42,442 bases of DNA from an uncultured Nitrososphaerota archaeon (GCA_964408285.1 CAYOYV010000015.1:1-42442); one strand, 5' to 3'; positions 1 through 12,499 are shown, numbered from the stretch's first letter. The notes: a model not told the origin generated them from the letters alone. Numbers and translations are program-made.

Positions 1-168
<168 letters not shown>

Positions 169-296
169 ACATACGAGACACTGCTCGTCGCGGGTTAAAT
201 GGGAATTGATGTCCGTTGCCTTCATGAGCCCTTGGATTACTGTAGTCCTTGGGTGAAAGGCGCTATCTCCCGTCTGATGAGATGGGGGAGATGAAC

Positions 297-322
297 GCCG
301 GCATGGTGGATGCGCAATTCTC
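297..322 (+). other. 5' strand of pre-23S processing stem (pairs with 3575-3601; BHB-like)
   Basis: GCCGGCATGGTGGAT-GCGC-AAT-TCTC pairs with GAGA-GCGT-CAGA-ATCTACCATGTTGGC: a long helix with a 4-bp central helix and two offset bulges (3 and 4 nt). Confidence 0.8.
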
Positions 323-340
323 AAAGTGATCGTGGGGACC

Positions 341-3557
<3,217 letters not shown>

Positions 3558-3654
3558 GTCTCTGCGTTCACCTAGAGAGCGTCAGAATCTACCATGTTGG
3601 CACTTGTTCGCCTTCTTGATTAAGGATATATTTCACTTCAATCCAACTAATCTA

Positions 3655-3959
3655 CCCGGGATGAGTTGGTGGGCGGATGTCGGGCTCATGGGAGCCTGAG
3701 GAAACTTCCTTCTCTGCGCGGGTCTCGAGGCGTCGAAAGACGCAGGGGGAGACCCCTAGCAACGGGACAGAAATTCCCCCCTCCCACCGCGTGTGTATGA
3801 TGGGAACCCCCGGACAAAGGTGGCAAAGGGGTTGAAAATCTCGCCTCATGAAGAGCAAGGCCAAGTAAGCCAGATGATCGACCCGCTTGATGGCTAGGTA
3901 GGCCGCCTAGTCGAATTCCGCCTAAAACAGAAAAGGAGTTACGGCCAAGACATCCCGGG
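3655..3959 (+). ncRNA. rnpB: RNase P RNA
   Basis: P1 CCCGGGATG/CATCCCGGG; CR-I GAGGAAACTTCC and CR-V AACAGAAAAGGAGTTA form P4; ACAGAAA and TTGAAA S-domain motifs; TATA-like element near 3626. Confidence 0.95.
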
Positions 3960-3978
3960 AATCTAGGTCAAAACACGA

Positions 3979-4449
3979 ATGAAGTTGATGGCCCTACTTC
4001 TAGACAAGGATGATCCGAAGAAGTGTACGAGTAGAAAGCTTGCTAGGGCAGGGCTGGTATATGTAATTAGGAGCTCGTATCTGATACCAAGGAATTCGAT
4101 AGTGCTGAACCCAGAGGCGAAGGAAACGCTCTCCGAGAGGGACTTGGGATTGGCCGAAAAGCACGGCTTGGTAGTAATCGATACTTCGTGGAAGACTGGA
4201 ACTGAAATATTTTTGAAACTGAAGAGAGGTATCCACAGGAAGTTGCCAAGTCTGATCGCTGCAAACCCGACGAATTATGGTAAGCCATACGAATTATCTT
4301 CAGCAGAGGCACTTGCTGCTGGGCTATCGATATTCGGGATGAGGGATGAGGCGATTAGGATTCTCTCCGGATTCAAATGGGGAATGGAATTCCTGAGGCT
4401 GAACGAGTCACTGACGCGCACGGGCAAAAATGAACTCGTTTACCTTTGA
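3979..4449 (+). CDS. tsr3: 16S rRNA aminocarboxypropyltransferase Tsr3 (DUF367)
   Basis: DDPKKCT, DTSW, LPxLIAANPTNYGKP.ELSSAEA, FKWG motifs. Confidence 0.95.
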   Translation: MKLMALLLDKDDPKKCTSRKLARAGLVYVIRSSYLIPRNSIVLNPEAKETLSERDLGLAEKHGLVVIDTSWKTGTEIFLKLKRGIHRKLPSLIAANPTNYGKPYELSSAEALAAGLSIFGMRDEAIRILSGFKWGMEFLRLNESLTRTGKNELVYL

Positions 4450-5621
4450 AGATCCTCTATCCTTAGCACCATCGTTTCAGACGGCTTTTTCTCGACCTTT
4501 CCTATTCTCTCTCCAACTATGACTCTATACCCTAACGACTCCGCTTTGTCCACGATCCTTTGTGTGATGACACCATCGAATATTATAGCGAATTCCTCTC
4601 TGTGTTGGTCCAGAGATTCGAACAACTCTCCGACAGGAATCTCGGCGATCTGTCCGCCATCGTTTGATAGTATAACGGACAAGAGCTTTCCCTTCACGTG
4701 ATTTGCTCCCTCCTTGAGAGCATTCAGCTGTTTCTCATCTAATTGACCCCTCTTTTGAGCTTCTAAAGTCGTCAGATATTCCTGCACCGGAGTGGCTTTT
4801 CCTGCTAGATCTAGTATCTCTGCTGGACTCAATTCCTCCACTTCTTTACCAACAGGAGCTCTCACTATTGAGTCCAATTTTGCACCGGATCTCAATAGTT
4901 CCCTCAATATCATCTCTCCAACCCTGTCACCATCCAAGAAAGCCATTACTCGTCTCTTGTTCTTGGTTAGATTCACGAGGGACTGAGGCACGTTCACACC
5001 ATTTGTTGCCACAGAATTCTTGATTCCGGCAGCTATCAGTATTGAGACGTCTGCCCTGCCTTCGACTATCGTAAGATCTTCAGCAGTTTCGGCCTCCGGA
5101 CCTGCTGGCAACTGGTCCGGTCCCCAATTTATCGGCTTCGATAGCTCAGTTATCTCGACCACATTCGCTATTGCCTTGGTGTCTTCGGTGCGCCTCAATG
5201 CTTTCCATCTTTGCATTATCTCTTGCGCTCTATTCACTATCTCTTTTCTCTTTCTTTCCCTGAAGTCCTCTATTCCAAGTAGCGTGAACTTGGCATTATA
5301 TGGTCCGACCTTCTCTATGCTCTCCAAGGATGCAGCTAGGAGTGCCGTAGTAGGTTGATCCATGGAAGAAGGCACCGAAACAAACCCGACTGTTCTACCC
5401 TCCTGCTCCTTTGCATCTACATCTATCCTTCCTATTCGGGTGCCCTTCTGCAATTTCTTTAGGTCGAGGGTATCATCGAAGAGCCCTTCGGTCTGGCCGA
5501 AGACAGCGCCGATGACATCATGCTTTTGCGGGGGCCGTTAGGCCCTGTCCACAACCCCCTCGGCTTCGAATTTGAGCTTAACCAAGTACTTGAAATAAGG
5601 ACCAACTTGCTCCTCATTCAT
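4440..5621 (-). CDS. dnaG: Archaeal DnaG (primase-like, exosome-associated); two exons 5621-5547 and 5525-4440, 386 aa after splicing
   Basis: Toprim motifs IVEGRADV and AFLDGDRVG. The conserved N-terminus KYLVKLKFEAEGVVD/KHDVIGAVFGQTEGLF is restored only by removing 5526-5546. SD GGAGGTG at 5634-5640; an alternative in-frame ATG lies at 5642. Confidence 0.92.
5526..5546 (-). other. Predicted 21-nt BHB intron in dnaG mRNA, containing in-frame UAA
   Basis: Minus strand GTT-GTGG-AC|A-GGGCC-TAAC-GGCCC-CCGC-AA|A-AGC is a strict BHB; splicing gives GTG GAC AAG CAT (V-D-K-H). Confidence 0.88.
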
Positions 5622-5693
5622 CTTGTCACATAACACCTCCATAAAACTTGACTATTCGAATCGATAAACAGCTTTTATATAAATCTTAGTCAT

Positions 5694-6173
5694 TTGATTT
5701 TTGACGTGAAAGCGAAGAGGATCCGCCCGCGAATTGATTTGGCTCCGGGCTGGAACGAAGCCAGGCTTGAGCTGCTGACGAGGATATTTCGAGATATAAA
5801 ATCCCTTGGCAGAGACGACCTGATCCTTGTGGAGGGCAAGAACGACCTTAGAAGTCTGAGACGCATTGGAGTGGAGTCCAAGATCATAACCGAGAGCGAA
5901 CTGAGAAGGGGCAGAAGCATCAGTCCTCCCTCACAGACTAGGAACCAGCGGATAATCCTCCTACCGGACTTTGACAAAAAAGGAAGGCAAAACATGCGTA
6001 AGTGGCAGAAAGCCCTACAGCGGACCGCCAAAGTGGACGATTCAGTCTGGAGAAAGCTCCTGCATGTGACCAAAGGGGGAGCAGGGGGTGTCGAAGGGCT
6101 CTCAGCACTCGCAGTTAGGTTTGGACTCATAAGAGGAGGAATGTGGCTCGACCCTGACGAACAGGTTTCATAG
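5694..6173 (+). CDS. Small toprim-domain protein (RNase M5/primase-like)
   Basis: ILVEGKND and ILLPDFDKKG toprim motifs; divergent from dnaG. Start codon uncertain. Confidence 0.85.
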   Translation: MIFDVKAKRIRPRIDLAPGWNEARLELLTRIFRDIKSLGRDDLILVEGKNDLRSLRRIGVESKIITESELRRGRSISPPSQTRNQRIILLPDFDKKGRQNMRKWQKALQRTAKVDDSVWRKLLHVTKGGAGGVEGLSALAVRFGLIRGGMWLDPDEQVS

Positions 6174-6318
6174 GGGGCAAAGCCCTTCCTCACCAGACTC
6201 TAAAGTCGAGCCGGCGGCGGCTACTTTCCCCGCCCTGGGTACCCTTCCCTCATAGCAGGAGCTTGCAGCTCCGACCTCGGTCAAGTCCGCTTATATGGCG
6301 GGATATTCGCCTTCCGCC
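6123..6318 (-). ncRNA. Candidate structured non-coding RNA of unknown family
   Basis: GC-rich segment with about eight nested or adjacent stems. G-U pairs favour the minus strand. A BRE/TATA-like GAAAAGCTAATAATT lies ~25 nt upstream on the minus strand. Confidence 0.55.
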
Positions 6319-6434
6319 TTTACTAGAAGTCACAACGTGAATTATTAGCTTTTCGAAGAGAAAGGACACATGGGGCAACTTTCATTAATGTGATTCCGGT
6401 CAAATCGCCTGTGCTGTGTGTGGGGTAATGAAGC

Positions 6435-7679
6435 TTGCCCGAAAAACTGATGCTGACTGAGGAAGCTAGGGGCTACCTCAGGTATGGTCTGCCAGAGAAA
6501 AACCTCGCGGAGGCATTGAAAACAGGGCCTCTCACTATTGGAGAGGCCTCCAGGAGGGTGAAAAATCTGGACATAGCACTGCAATGGGGCAAGAAGAGGG
6601 GCTGGATAGAAATCAAAGGTGGCAGAATCTCTCTGGTAACTCCTCCTGAAGAGGTGCCGGAGGAGGAGGCACTGAGCAAGATTGCGAGGGGGGAATCAGT
6701 TGACGAATCCATGGCAAGGACCCTCGCAGAAAGGAAATTGGTCGTAAAGCAAAGCGATCTTCTCAGGAAGTTGAAGGAGCTTGATGGAAAGGAAGTGACA
6801 AACCTCACTCCAGATTTGATAAGAACGGGTTTCTGGAGAAATGTCAGGTTCAGGCCATACAATGTAGAGGTGCCTGGGAAGAAGGTGTATCCAGGAAAAA
6901 GACAGCCTTACAACGAATTCCTCTCGAATCTTAGACAGAAATTGGTAGAACTAGGATTCAAGGAAATGTCTGGGACAATTATAGAAACCGAATTCTGGAA
7001 CTATGATGCCCTATACCAGCCTCAGAATCATCCGGCGAGGGACTGGTTTAACACGTTTTATATAAAAACTACGTTAAAAGGAGAATTACCGAGAGTTGCA
7101 GGGGAAGTGAGAAAGGCACATGAGAAGGGAATCGCCGGCAGTTCGGGATGGGGATACAAGTGGGATCCATTAAAGGCTGTCCGTCTAATGCCAAGGGCGC
7201 ATGGCACTGCCCTTTCAGCAAGGACACTGGCAAAGGGTCCTGAGATGCCTGGAAAGTACTTCGCGATTTCGAGATGCTTCAGGCCGGATGTGATAGATGC
7301 TTTCCATGGGGTTGAGTTCAACCAGGTAGAGGGGATAATAGTGGACAATACACTGACGTTCAAAAACCTGCTGGGAATTCTTGAGATGTTCTCGAAGGAA
7401 GTTGCTGGAGCTGAACGCATAAGATTCGTTCCGGACTACTATCCGTTTACAGAGCCTTCCGTTGAGATGAACGCTTTACATCCAGAATTGGGCTGGATAG
7501 AAATCGGAGGAGCTGGGATATTCAGGGAGGAACTTACCATACCATTACATGTGGACGCTCCAGTTATCGCTTGGGGGCTCGGCGTGGACAGGTTGGCGAT
7601 GTTCAAACTTGGCATAAATGACATACGCGATCTGTTTTCAAAAGATCTAGATTGGATGAGACAAAAAGGGTTGGTCTAG
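6435..7679 (+). CDS. pheS: Phenylalanine-tRNA ligase alpha subunit
   Basis: FWNYDALYQPQNHPARD, FRPDVIDAFH.EFNQVEG, YYPFTEPS, WGLGVDRLAM. Confidence 0.98.
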   Translation: MPEKLMLTEEARGYLRYGLPEKNLAEALKTGPLTIGEASRRVKNLDIALQWGKKRGWIEIKGGRISLVTPPEEVPEEEALSKIARGESVDESMARTLAERKLVVKQSDLLRKLKELDGKEVTNLTPDLIRTGFWRNVRFRPYNVEVPGKKVYPGKRQPYNEFLSNLRQKLVELGFKEMSGTIIETEFWNYDALYQPQNHPARDWFNTFYIKTTLKGELPRVAGEVRKAHEKGIAGSSGWGYKWDPLKAVRLMPRAHGTALSARTLAKGPEMPGKYFAISRCFRPDVIDAFHGVEFNQVEGIIVDNTLTFKNLLGILEMFSKEVAGAERIRFVPDYYPFTEPSVEMNALHPELGWIEIGGAGIFREELTIPLHVDAPVIAWGLGVDRLAMFKLGINDIRDLFSKDLDWMRQKGLV

Positions 7680-9359
7680 ATGCCATCAATTGAAGTCTCC
7701 AGCGAGGATATGCAAAGACTATTGGACTCCAAGCTGACTATAGACGAGTTGAGCGATCTAGTGGCATATGCTAAGTGCACGATAGATGCGGTGAACGGGG
7801 ATACTCTGAAGCTTGCAGTCAAGGATACCAATAGGCCAGATCTATGGTCTGCAGAGGGAATCGCGAGGGAGATAAGGTTCAGAACAAGAAAGCCAGGGCT
7901 TCCAAGATACAGGTTTCGGAATTCAAGCGTAAGAGTCAATGTTGATAGGAGTGTGCACAGGGTTAGGCCCTACACGGTCTGCACTTCGGTGACTGACCTG
8001 GAGCTAGATCAGTTCAGTCTATCTCAAATGATACAACTTCAGGAGAAAGTTGCGGTGAGCTTCGGCAAGAATAGGAGGGAGATAGCTATCGGAGTGTATG
8101 ATCTCGATAAGATAAAAGCCCCGATAAAATACACGACAGTCGACCCGGATGGAATTCAGTTCGTCCCCTTGGATTTCAAGGAAAAGCTCACCCCAAGGGA
8201 GATATTGGAAAAACACCCCAAAGGCAGAGAATTCGGCCAACTGCTTGCTGGGGCAGATAGATATCCGATGTTCATCGATTCTGCCGGGGAAGTCCTGTCC
8301 ATACCTCCGATAATCAACTCAGATTACACCGGGAAAGTGACCGAGGACACGAGGAACGTATTCATCGAATGCAGCGGATTCGCCTTGAGGACGCTTTCCA
8401 CAGCATTGAATGTCGTGAGCACTGCCCTAGCCGAAAGAGGCGCCGTCATAGAAAAGATCACGGTTCAATATCCAAACACGAGAATCGTGACTCCAGACCT
8501 ATCTCCTAAGACTGCGTACCTTAAGCTTCAGTATCTCAACCGACTCTCAGGCCTCCAACTCAGCATGCCACAAGCTTGCAGATTGCTCAGAAAATCTGGA
8601 TATGATGTCTCACACACAGGGCAAAGAATAAGAGTTCTTTATCCTTCATACAGACAGGATATCATGCATGAGAGGGACCTAATCGAGGATCTACTGATCT
8701 CCTATGGGTACGACAAGATTCCACCAGTGCGGCCAAAATTGCCGACAGTGGGAAAGGGAAGCGAAATAGAGGATGTCTCGAATCTGTGCTCCCGAATTCT
8801 TATTGGATTGGGCTTCCAGGAGACTATGTCTTACATATTGACAAACAAGTCGAATCAGTTCGAGAAGATGAATCTCAAGGAGGGCGATGCAATTGAGCTG
8901 GAGAATCCGGCTTCCTCAAATTGGAATGTTTTCAGAAGCTGGCTTCTACCATGTGTCATGGAGTTTCTCTCAAACAACCTTCACGTGGAATATCCCCAAA
9001 GGGTGTTCGAAATCGGAGATGTTGTAATATCTGACGAGAGTGTCGAGACGAGGGCAAGGGATCTTAGGAAGATGGTTTGTGCCTTAAGCAACTCCTCGGT
9101 GAGCTATGAGGAGATTTCGCCAATCCTTGATGCGCTCTTCAGCGCCCTTGGGATGAAATATGAGTTGACACCAAAGGAGCACCCAAGCTTCATCGAGGGA
9201 AGAGCCGCCGCCGTGAGGTCTCTGGGCGAGGAGATAGGTTTCATCGGTGAAATCAATCCACAGGTTCTTGAAAGCTGGAGGATAGAGGCTCCAGTTGCAG
9301 CATTTGAGCTGGATGTGAACCAAATGCTCAAAAGCCTTCTGACCCTTGGCAAGATCTGA
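7680..9359 (+). CDS. pheT: Phenylalanine-tRNA ligase beta subunit
   Basis: DTNRPDLWSAEGIAR, SIPPIINS, YRQDIMHERDLIED; directly follows pheS. Confidence 0.98.
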   Translation: MPSIEVSSEDMQRLLDSKLTIDELSDLVAYAKCTIDAVNGDTLKLAVKDTNRPDLWSAEGIAREIRFRTRKPGLPRYRFRNSSVRVNVDRSVHRVRPYTVCTSVTDLELDQFSLSQMIQLQEKVAVSFGKNRREIAIGVYDLDKIKAPIKYTTVDPDGIQFVPLDFKEKLTPREILEKHPKGREFGQLLAGADRYPMFIDSAGEVLSIPPIINSDYTGKVTEDTRNVFIECSGFALRTLSTALNVVSTALAERGAVIEKITVQYPNTRIVTPDLSPKTAYLKLQYLNRLSGLQLSMPQACRLLRKSGYDVSHTGQRIRVLYPSYRQDIMHERDLIEDLLISYGYDKIPPVRPKLPTVGKGSEIEDVSNLCSRILIGLGFQETMSYILTNKSNQFEKMNLKEGDAIELENPASSNWNVFRSWLLPCVMEFLSNNLHVEYPQRVFEIGDVVISDESVETRARDLRKMVCALSNSSVSYEEISPILDALFSALGMKYELTPKEHPSFIEGRAAAVRSLGEEIGFIGEINPQVLESWRIEAPVAAFELDVNQMLKSLLTLGKI

Positions 9360-9377
9360 CGTGCTAAGCGAGGGAAG

Positions 9378-9893
9378 CTATGAATCAGATATCTCCTTCC
9401 TGAGCATTCTTCCCTCAGTATCGATTTCGCTAGCTCTTATCCTTGAAGAAGATATGAATCCGCCGCCCTCTGCAATCGCCAATGGGATTACGATTATCTC
9501 GACCGGTGGCAAGCCAGAAATCCTCCTCTGATCGTTTATCTTGAATCCATTCCCCATTGTATTCACGGTGACGAATAGAGCTTCAATCTCTGGATCGCCT
9601 CCAGCAGGCCCGAGGAAGTCATCTATCTTGACTAGTTGTATTCTATCTGACGCCCCTAGCGATTCAACAAATGATAAAACGTCATTCGCTCTGCTTTCGA
9701 ACGGCATGCATCCATGTGATTTGGTCCTTTTCACGAATTCGTCACTCGTAAGCCCTATGACTAACCGGTCACACATCCCTAAGGCCATTTCTATCAATCT
9801 TTTATGGCCGGTATGGAGCCTGTCAAATGTGCCCCCAAGCGCTCCTTTGGGATATTTCTTCACGAACCCCTCTTTCAAACTTAAATCCATCAT
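9378..9893 (-). CDS. coaD: Phosphopantetheine adenylyltransferase (archaeal type)
   Basis: GGTFDRLHTGH (HxGH), IGLTSD, ISSSRIR. Confidence 0.9.
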   Translation of the reverse strand: MMDLSLKEGFVKKYPKGALGGTFDRLHTGHKRLIEMALGMCDRLVIGLTSDEFVKRTKSHGCMPFESRANDVLSFVESLGASDRIQLVKIDDFLGPAGGDPEIEALFVTVNTMGNGFKINDQRRISGLPPVEIIVIPLAIAEGGGFISSSRIRASEIDTEGRMLRKEISDS

Positions 9894-9922
9894 TTGAATC
9901 GCGCTTCATGCTAGGATAGCAA

Positions 9923-10795
9923 TTGACTACTAAAAGGCTTACGTCAGAGGAACTGGATCACTACATGCAGGCAGGAAGAATAGCGCAAAGGATTCGGGAG
10001 GAGTTCAAGGGGAGGATCAAAGATGGCAAGAAGATCTTGGAATATTGTGAGGAGCTTGAAACGAGCGTTCTATCATCTGGGGCCTCCTTGGCATTTCCAT
10101 GTAATATCGGGATTAATCAAGTGGCCGCCCACTTCACCCCTGATTTCTCCGATGAAATGGCATTCGGACCAATGGATCTGGTCAAAGTGGACTACGGGCT
10201 ACATATAGATGGCTGTATAGCTGACGCTGCTTTCACCGTACCTCTGTCGACCGCAGATTCGAAATTGGTGGGGACGGCCGATCTGGCTCTAAGGGAAGTG
10301 GTGAGTGCCCTAAGGGCAGGAGACAAGATTTCAAAAGTAGGAGGAATCGTTGGACCGATTGCAGGACGTAACTCCTTCAAGATAATAGAAAACCTGCAGG
10401 GACACGGAATAGATAGGTATAGGCTCCATTCCGGTATTTCAATCCCCAATGTGCCGAATTATGACATGAGGAGATTACAGGAGAACAGCATAGTGGCGAT
10501 AGAGCCATTCCTAACATATGGCTTCGGAGCTGGTCGCGTTGATGAAACATCGACGGTCAATATCCTTCAACTGCCGGCCGACTCGAAAGCAGTGCCAAGA
10601 GAGCTTTCAAGGGCTTTCGATTATCTTCCATTCTGTAATCGTTGGCTGAGGAGGCTATCATTATCAATTCCCCCGAGCATTGAAGGCAGGACGCACAGAT
10701 ACCCCGTGTTGGCTGAGGCAAATGGAGCGCCTGTGGCACAGGCGGAAACTACCTTGATCCTGTTGGAGGATAGGACGATTGATCTTATCCCTTAG
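9923..10795 (+). CDS. map: Methionine aminopeptidase type II
   Basis: AFPCN, AAHFTP, KVDYGLHIDGCIADAAFT, NLQGHGI, AIEPF. Confidence 0.95.
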   Translation: MTTKRLTSEELDHYMQAGRIAQRIREEFKGRIKDGKKILEYCEELETSVLSSGASLAFPCNIGINQVAAHFTPDFSDEMAFGPMDLVKVDYGLHIDGCIADAAFTVPLSTADSKLVGTADLALREVVSALRAGDKISKVGGIVGPIAGRNSFKIIENLQGHGIDRYRLHSGISIPNVPNYDMRRLQENSIVAIEPFLTYGFGAGRVDETSTVNILQLPADSKAVPRELSRAFDYLPFCNRWLRRLSLSIPPSIEGRTHRYPVLAEANGAPVAQAETTLILLEDRTIDLIP

Positions 10796-11195
10796 GAGGG
10801 CTCTGAAGGAATATCGCCTTTATGACTATGGAATCCTGTGTATTGCACTTTGGACAGGGACCGCTCTTCTCGTACATGTAATCTCCTTCCTTGAATGGTC
10901 TAACGTTCGAGTAATCGCACTTAGTACACGACTCTGAAGTCAGAACTCTTGGGGCGCTCGGAGGCTTACCGAGGGAAGAGAACCGAAGCTGCACCTTTCT
11001 AATGTTGTATCCTACAAAGCCTATACCAGCGATTCCTGCGACCATCTCCATGATGGATCTAAGAGTATCCGCCTGATAGGCCATCAGACCATCGAAGATC
11101 AACATTATTGATAACATTAGGAGGGAGCCAAGCAGAAATAGCAAAAGAGAGACGTTTATGCTATATCTTTGAGTGTCTTCGCTCATTTGGATCAC
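10785..11195 (-). CDS. Membrane protein with C-terminal Zn ribbon
   Basis: Two hydrophobic helices followed by CTKC...FKEGDY...CPKC; overlaps the stop of the DUF1512 gene. Confidence 0.8.
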   Translation of the reverse strand: MIQMSEDTQRYSINVSLLLFLLGSLLMLSIMLIFDGLMAYQADTLRSIMEMVAGIAGIGFVGYNIRKVQLRFSSLGKPPSAPRVLTSESCTKCDYSNVRPFKEGDYMYEKSGPCPKCNTQDSIVIKAIFLQSPPKG

Positions 11196-12301
11196 TTCAC
11201 ACCAACTGTATTGCCCACGCCGACAACTAGGGCGTTACCTCCGACTGGGACCTTTTCAGAGATTATCTGTTTCACCCTCTCAGTAGCCTTCTCGGCGCTC
11301 TTGAACAGGGTTTCTGTAAGTGGAGTGATGCACTCCTTGTAGGACATCTCTATGAAAACGGCATACATGGTTACCTGTTTCTTCGATACAATTTCTTCTA
11401 TCTTGTATCTCTCAGTTCCTATTCCGCCAATTGCCGCACCGGTGGCTTCTATCATTGTTCCACTTTTTTCTCCTTCCAGCTTGACCAACGCATCAATCGT
11501 CACGACCAAGTCGAAATTCTTCTGGTTCATCACTGCCTGAACAGCGTCTCCAGGATAGCCAACTGTTCCGCCAGGGCCTTCGCACTTCAATATCGTGACT
11601 TTTCTCGATTGAATCTCCTTTTCTACACACACCATATCTTGAGCTATATTGTAAGCCTCGTCGGGGTAGATGAGTTGGGCCGCAACAAGTTCTCCAATTC
11701 CATCTCCTATTGGATGGCCATATGCGAACGCATATAGGCCCCCCATTCGAGCGTCGGCCTGCATCAGTACATCGGGCAATATGGCCTGCAGCTGAAAGAT
11801 GAGTATAGGGTTTCCGGTCTTCTTGCCTAGAATATGGTAGTGTTTTATCATCTTGTACCAAAAATTGAGCTCTGAGGAGATTTCAAGTACCATGGCGAGA
11901 TTACGCCTGTTTTGTACCGGTGCTGTCGCAACTGCGGCCTCGACCTCAGATCTCATCCTGTTGTCTGTTATCTTCACTAGGTGATCCCATTTCTGCACTA
12001 TGCCAGCAGGATCCAATGAGACGGGATCTAAGGTGAAGTAATCCATCATTCTCTCTATGAACGGAGTTGGATCTGTTTGAGGGTTGTATTTCTTGAATCT
12101 CTCCAGCGTTATCTTTTTCGCCTCTTCCTTCATCAATAGCAACCTGCCCAAGGCGAACTCTATTTCCCGCATTATGACATAGCTCTGTATTCTCTGTCCC
12201 CATACGATGTATACGAAGAACAATACCACCATCAATATGTTCAGCAACGTGCTGATGTCAAACTGAGAGACTGGAATTGGGAAACCAGACTGTGGAAACA
12301 T
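11192..12301 (-). CDS. DUF1512 family protein
   Basis: PVSLDPAGIV, PIGDGIG, EGPGGTVG, IDALVKLEGEKSG, GVGNTVGV. Start moved to ATG 12301 because the longer ORF runs into the 5S gene. Confidence 0.88.
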   Translation of the reverse strand: MFPQSGFPIPVSQFDISTLLNILMVVLFFVYIVWGQRIQSYVIMREIEFALGRLLLMKEEAKKITLERFKKYNPQTDPTPFIERMMDYFTLDPVSLDPAGIVQKWDHLVKITDNRMRSEVEAAVATAPVQNRRNLAMVLEISSELNFWYKMIKHYHILGKKTGNPILIFQLQAILPDVLMQADARMGGLYAFAYGHPIGDGIGELVAAQLIYPDEAYNIAQDMVCVEKEIQSRKVTILKCEGPGGTVGYPGDAVQAVMNQKNFDLVVTIDALVKLEGEKSGTMIEATGAAIGGIGTERYKIEEIVSKKQVTMYAVFIEMSYKECITPLTETLFKSAEKATERVKQIISEKVPVGGNALVVGVGNTVGVK

Positions 12302-12356
12302 CCTTGGCAATTCTCGGACGCTTATTAGGCTGATATAAGCGTTATTGAATGAAGAC

Positions 12357-12499
12357 TGGGCGCCGGCTTCCTGGGCTTCGCGTGACCTCGCGGATCGCAC
12401 TACAACCCAGAACGGAACTGCTTTTTACTTCCGTGTTCGGAATGGCTCCGCGGCGTTAGCCTGTACGGGTAGTTCCACAGTCCTATGGCCGGCCACCCA
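12357..12499 (-). rRNA. rrf: 5S rRNA with a 17-nt insertion/intron
   Basis: GGCCATAG...CCCGTAC[17 nt]CCATTCCGAACACGGAAGT; GCGAG loop; helix I TGGGTG.CCGGC/GCCGGCGCCCA. Confidence 0.95.
12446..12462 (-). other. Predicted 17-nt BHB-type intron in 5S rRNA
   Basis: CCGT-AC|A-GGC-TAAC-GCC-GCGG-AG|C; removal restores the canonical CCCGTACCCATTCCGAAC. The outer helix is relaxed. Confidence 0.82.

Noticed and set aside
4440-5621. dnaG as a pseudogene, or as a stop-readthrough/recoded gene
   Set aside because: The stop lies in a 7-codon insertion absent from the conserved motif and inside a strict BHB, and the rest of the gene is intact; UAA is not a Sec or Pyl codon.
6123-6318. SRP RNA, or a T-box leader of pheS
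   Set aside because: No helix-8 CAGG..GGAA..AGCA motif or Alu domain, no T-box consensus, and the structure favours the strand opposite pheS.
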